A stretch of 38,293 nucleotides of DNA from Octopus sinensis (taxonomy: Eukaryota): positions 1 to 38,293 of the forward strand of contig NW_021835848.1 of NCBI RefSeq assembly GCF_006345805.1. Direction: 5' to 3'. Every line of letters begins with the position of its first letter. Position 1 is the stretch's first letter. Below are positions 34,286 through 38,293 of the stretch, one piece after another. The notes beneath the pieces are model-generated. The model had not been told where the DNA came from. It saw nothing but the letters and a program-made list of their open reading frames with translations, and did not search any database. A program made the position numbers and the translations under genes.

Positions 34286-34928
34286 ATATGTGGGCACAGG
34301 ACGTCACGAAGCATGTACAACAAAAATAAGAAGTACGAGTACATAAAATATGAACTATTTTTTCGAACAACGAAAGACACAAATGGAAAACAAGACAAAC
34401 ATTACAAAAAATGGCCCTTCATCAGTTGTTGGCTGTTTTTCTACTCTCGTATTTCGAACATTTCACAACAAAATACGCTTTCGATAAAACAGTTGCTCCC
34501 GCAAAGCAAATTAAATAAAATTTGGGATTTTGCAGGGGTCAAAATTGGTAACACAAACAGGACAGTGACAACAAACAGGAAGGGCTACTAAGCCTAAACG
34601 AGGTTGTGGTGGCGAACGTGTAAATGAAGCTTGGACAGGAGACAGACAAGAACACGTCTTCTTTGATCCAGCTACGACGCAGAGCAAGAAAGAAACACAA
34701 GTTAGGAGAAGAAAGATGGCCGATGGTCATGTGGGAGCCACGTGAGTAAGGGAGGAAGAGTGAGGGAAATGAGTGACAGGATAAGTGAGAAAAAAAAACA
34801 GGAGGGGGAGAACGGGAGAAAGGAAGAGAGAAACATATATATATATATATATATTATATGCATATGTGGGAACAAGACGTCACAAAACGTGTACAACAAA
34901 AGATACGAAATACGAGCACATGGAATAT
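34286..34928 (-). mobile_element. PLE-like island with partial tandem duplication of its terminus, each copy starting at a microsatellite
   Basis: 34286-34351 ~ 34862-34928 (atatgtggg..ca.gacgtcac.aa...tgtacaacaaaa.ata..aa.tacgag.acat); minus-strand ctgatgaaggg near 34415-34426. Confidence 0.5.
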
Positions 34929-35444
34929 ATGGATGGATGTATTGTTACCCAAAATTATTTGCTTCGTGAACAGGTAAAGGTCAGCTTATGTCAGCTTAAA
35001 TATTCAATGGAGATTTCTGTGTTGCATATTTTGTTCTCTCTCCGTCAAATTGTTGCTTTATATTTTTAATTTAACTGTATTTATTATCAGCGTATAGCAT
35101 TATTTGATTCACTTCCTTGATTTTCTTTTTTGTTATTTTTTTATTCTTTATAAATCACTTTATTGCTAATATGAGAAGTATTCTACATTATAACACAGTT
35201 TCTTCAGTGCATGAATAGCGAAATACAACTACTAAAATGTATTATAATACAAATAAGCGAAACGGATATTTAAACACGTGGTACCTTTTGACCCATCATC
35301 TGACGAGACTCATCTACAGTTACGATGAACCACAATTACTTGTACAGTATCTCACACGCGAGGCACCGGTGCACGATAGGTTGAAACGATCATAGTGAAT
35401 ATTAAGCAGTGTCGTAAATTCCATTTTCGTTTTCATATCATATA

Positions 35445-35615
35445 CCTATATACACATATATATACATACACACACACGCACACACATATACATGTATATA
35501 TATAAATATTCATGTATATTCATACATATATATGTGTGTGTATATATATATATATAGCGAGAGAGAGAGATAGACAGATATAGGTATAGATATATATATA
35601 CGTATATATATATAT

Positions 35616-35688
<73 letters not shown>

Positions 35689-35790
35689 AATTGATACATC
35701 GGTTCTATATATATATATATATTATATATATTATATATAATATTTGTGTGTGTGTACATGTTTGAATGCAAGTATGTGTGTATGTATGTA
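35445..35790. repeat. TA/CA/GA microsatellite complex
   Basis: direct reading. Confidence 0.9.
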
Positions 35791-36179
35791 AGAGTAATTA
35801 TATTGCCTATCTATTGTTAGGTAATGGAATAAAAAGGTATTCATGACATTAGTCTAGGAATATTCTCGTAATAGAAGTAAGATATTAACAGAGCCAGATG
35901 CATGTACATTCTGGATGTGGGTTAAGAGCAGAATTCTATAAACGACACATAGAATTCATCGAGAATTCCATGTACTTTTAGATATAACAAGTAGAATTCT
36001 ACTGGGGGAGAAAAAATAAGAGACATATTCGGTCAACCGATCGTTTATCTTGGCATCTCTCAGATACATCTTCCTACCTCAGATCGATCGATAAACAGAT
36101 GCATTGAATGATTGACTGATTGATTTAGTGACTGCATGTTAGGTACAGAAGGAGGTAGATATAAATAGTGGGATAGCTT

Positions 36180-36239
36180 CGGATAGAGATAGGTATAAAG
36201 ATAGACAGACAGAGAGAGAGAGAGATGTCTAGATTGATT

Positions 36240-36316
<77 letters not shown>

Positions 36317-36515
36317 ATAGATACAGAGAGAGAGAAAGAAAGAGAGAGAAATAGAACGATAGATATAAGGTGGCTGGATATATGTGGTGTGTGTGTGTGT
36401 GCCTGTGTATGTATGTAAAAAGGGGCCATGCAATGTAAAATTTAGCCCTGTATATGTGAGTGCGCTTGTGTGTATGTATGTATAAATATATATGTATGTG
36501 TGTGTGTGTGTGTGT
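36180..36515. repeat. (GATA)n 36240-36322 with GA/TG tracts
   Basis: direct reading. Confidence 0.9.
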
Positions 36516-36565
36516 TTTGATGTATGCAGAGTAGAGAGACGCAGTGAAACGTTCATCCATACATA

Positions 36566-37402
36566 TGACTTGAAACTGTATGGCCAAATATCGACCATAT
36601 TGAAAAAGAAACCATAGAAGGAATTGATTATGTCAAACTCTTTGTATAGACTTCTGACAAGTTTATGACATCCCTCCGTACCATTCAAGAACCCACCAAG
36701 TACCTACAGCGTAAAATGCAGAAAACCTTGACAAACAACAAACGCATGCTGGGCAAGACTAAGATTGAAGACAACAAACACATTATTGCCAACTGCTGGA
36801 GTATTGTCTTCCTTATATTATTCTCCCACGAGACATGATGCTGTAGCCGAAACAGTTTGGAACAGAATAACAAAAAGAAACACCTACAAACGAAGTTGAC
36901 CATATTCAAACCGACGTATGTCAAAAGAATAATGGGTGGAACTTAAAAATTAAAACAGCCACCAAGTTACAACACAACTGGATAAATATTGTTATATGGG
37001 GCAACAAGGAGAAGGTAAGTTGTATTTGGTAAATCAGCTGCCCTCTGGACACCAGTGTTGTTAGAAAGATACAAGAGGTTGAAGACGCCTATGGACCGTT
37101 CGTAAGATGCTTCCAAATCTCAAACCGAAGATATATTTTCAACTTTATACTTATTATTTAAGCAAGAGGACGCATACCAATCCGTCTTGAGCAGAGTAGG
37201 ACTGAGCTTGGGATATTGGGGAGAGAACACAAATCCTTAATTCATATGTTGTGAATTATAACGATATGTGGGACTATAAAAATCTGCAAGACCTTCCTAC
37301 TATTTAAAGGATGATGGTTACGACAAGATGTCTTCCTCTACAACCTTGCAATCAAGATAGTGGCCGATCAAAATTTATTCTAAATTAAGAAAAAAAAGAG
37401 AA
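36566..37402 (+). mobile_element. 5'-truncated R4/Dong-clade non-LTR retrotransposon (RLE type), pseudogenised
   Basis: *TSDKFMTS..IQEPTKYL..NNKRMLGKTKIEDNKHIIANC (decayed CCHC); YYSPTRHDAVAETVWN (RHD 36831-36839); WNLKIKTATKLQHNWINIVIW..ISCPLD (decayed PD..E); GTIKICKTFL (37270-37299); short 3' UTR then (CATA)n. Confidence 0.85.
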
Positions 37403-37507
37403 CATATGCATACATACCTACATACATACATACATACATACATACATACATACATACATACATACACACATACACACATACACACATACACACACATACA
37501 TACACAC
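37403..37507. repeat. (CATA)n/(CA)n microsatellite at the LINE 3' end
   Basis: direct reading. Confidence 0.95.
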
Positions 37508-38135
37508 AACTAGCTAACTCACGAAGTAGATAGTTAAACACAGAGTGGATCGATATATAGTAGACCGTGATAGGGGCTTTTATCTATAAATATGTTTTCA
37601 TAAAGGAAGTTCGTTGACATCGAATGTTGAAATCTTTGATATACTCTTGTACCAAAAATATCTTCAGTTGACTTGATTAGCAGGCATTTCAGTGACTTCT
37701 GTAAAGCATTCCATTTCGAAAGATAATAGTACTTCAAGACAAAGATTTGAATATAATATTCGTTTTAAAATAATAAATGTACTTAATAAAAAAAATTAAA
37801 ATGTCATTCCGCTCGCGTTTCCAAAATTACGACTATTAATATATTCCCTAAATAATAAATTAAACTATGAAATATATTTTAGTGTTTCTTCGTAGTAGAG
37901 CTTCATTTATACTTGTTTTCAATAACAGACTATTCTATTTCCAGTTAATTCTTCATTTCGTCAAACGCATTACTAATATCTCTAATCAAATTCCACCATA
38001 TATGTTTTAGCAATATTGCACTCATCTCAATCAAACATCATAGATATACGTGAGGTAGCTGTCTATGCGTATCTGTGTATGGACGTGTACGTACTAAATA
38101 TACATGCATATATGCATACATTCGTACCGTCGTTA

Positions 38136-38212
38136 TGTGGCAAGAAGCTTACTTCTCAACCAAACACTTCAGGGTTGAGAGTCGTACTGCATGGCAACTT
38201 GGGTGAGTATCT
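38136..38212 (+). mobile_element. decayed head of SINE family A
   Basis: tgtggcaagaagcttacttctcaacca...gggtt...actgcatggcaacttgggtgagtatct matches 1269-1343. Confidence 0.7.
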
Positions 38213-38220
38213 GGTATCTC

Positions 38221-38226
38221 TAATAT

Positions 38227-38293
<67 letters not shown>
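38221..38293. repeat. (TA)n microsatellite
   Basis: direct reading. Confidence 0.95.

Overview
AT-rich, repeat-saturated eukaryotic non-coding DNA, most likely intronic or intergenic sequence of an octopus (inferred from the SINE families and the extreme (TA)n/(TATG)n microsatellite load). No complete host gene is visible, and almost all listed ORFs are microsatellite or SINE artefacts. Supported features: three tRNA-derived SINE families (several with TSDs, one nested); two mariner derivatives; three Helitron pieces, one retaining PIF1-helicase C-terminal coding; two R4/Dong-like RLE LINE remnants; and many short islands inside (TA)n tracts that look like Penelope-like element (PLE) termini. 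The main unexplained structure is in these islands. At least two contain complete type I hammerhead ribozyme folds (6232-6292, 11318-11378) and several more contain decayed ones. Many islands are built as inverted repeats. In two cases a perfect inverted copy of neighbouring flank DNA sits exactly at the inner end of the left arm (6007-6026, 15709-15795). Two weak minus-strand candidate exons (19905-20020 and near 31738) and a triple TATCAGATA cluster are also noted. All alignments and folds were done by eye; no database was searched.
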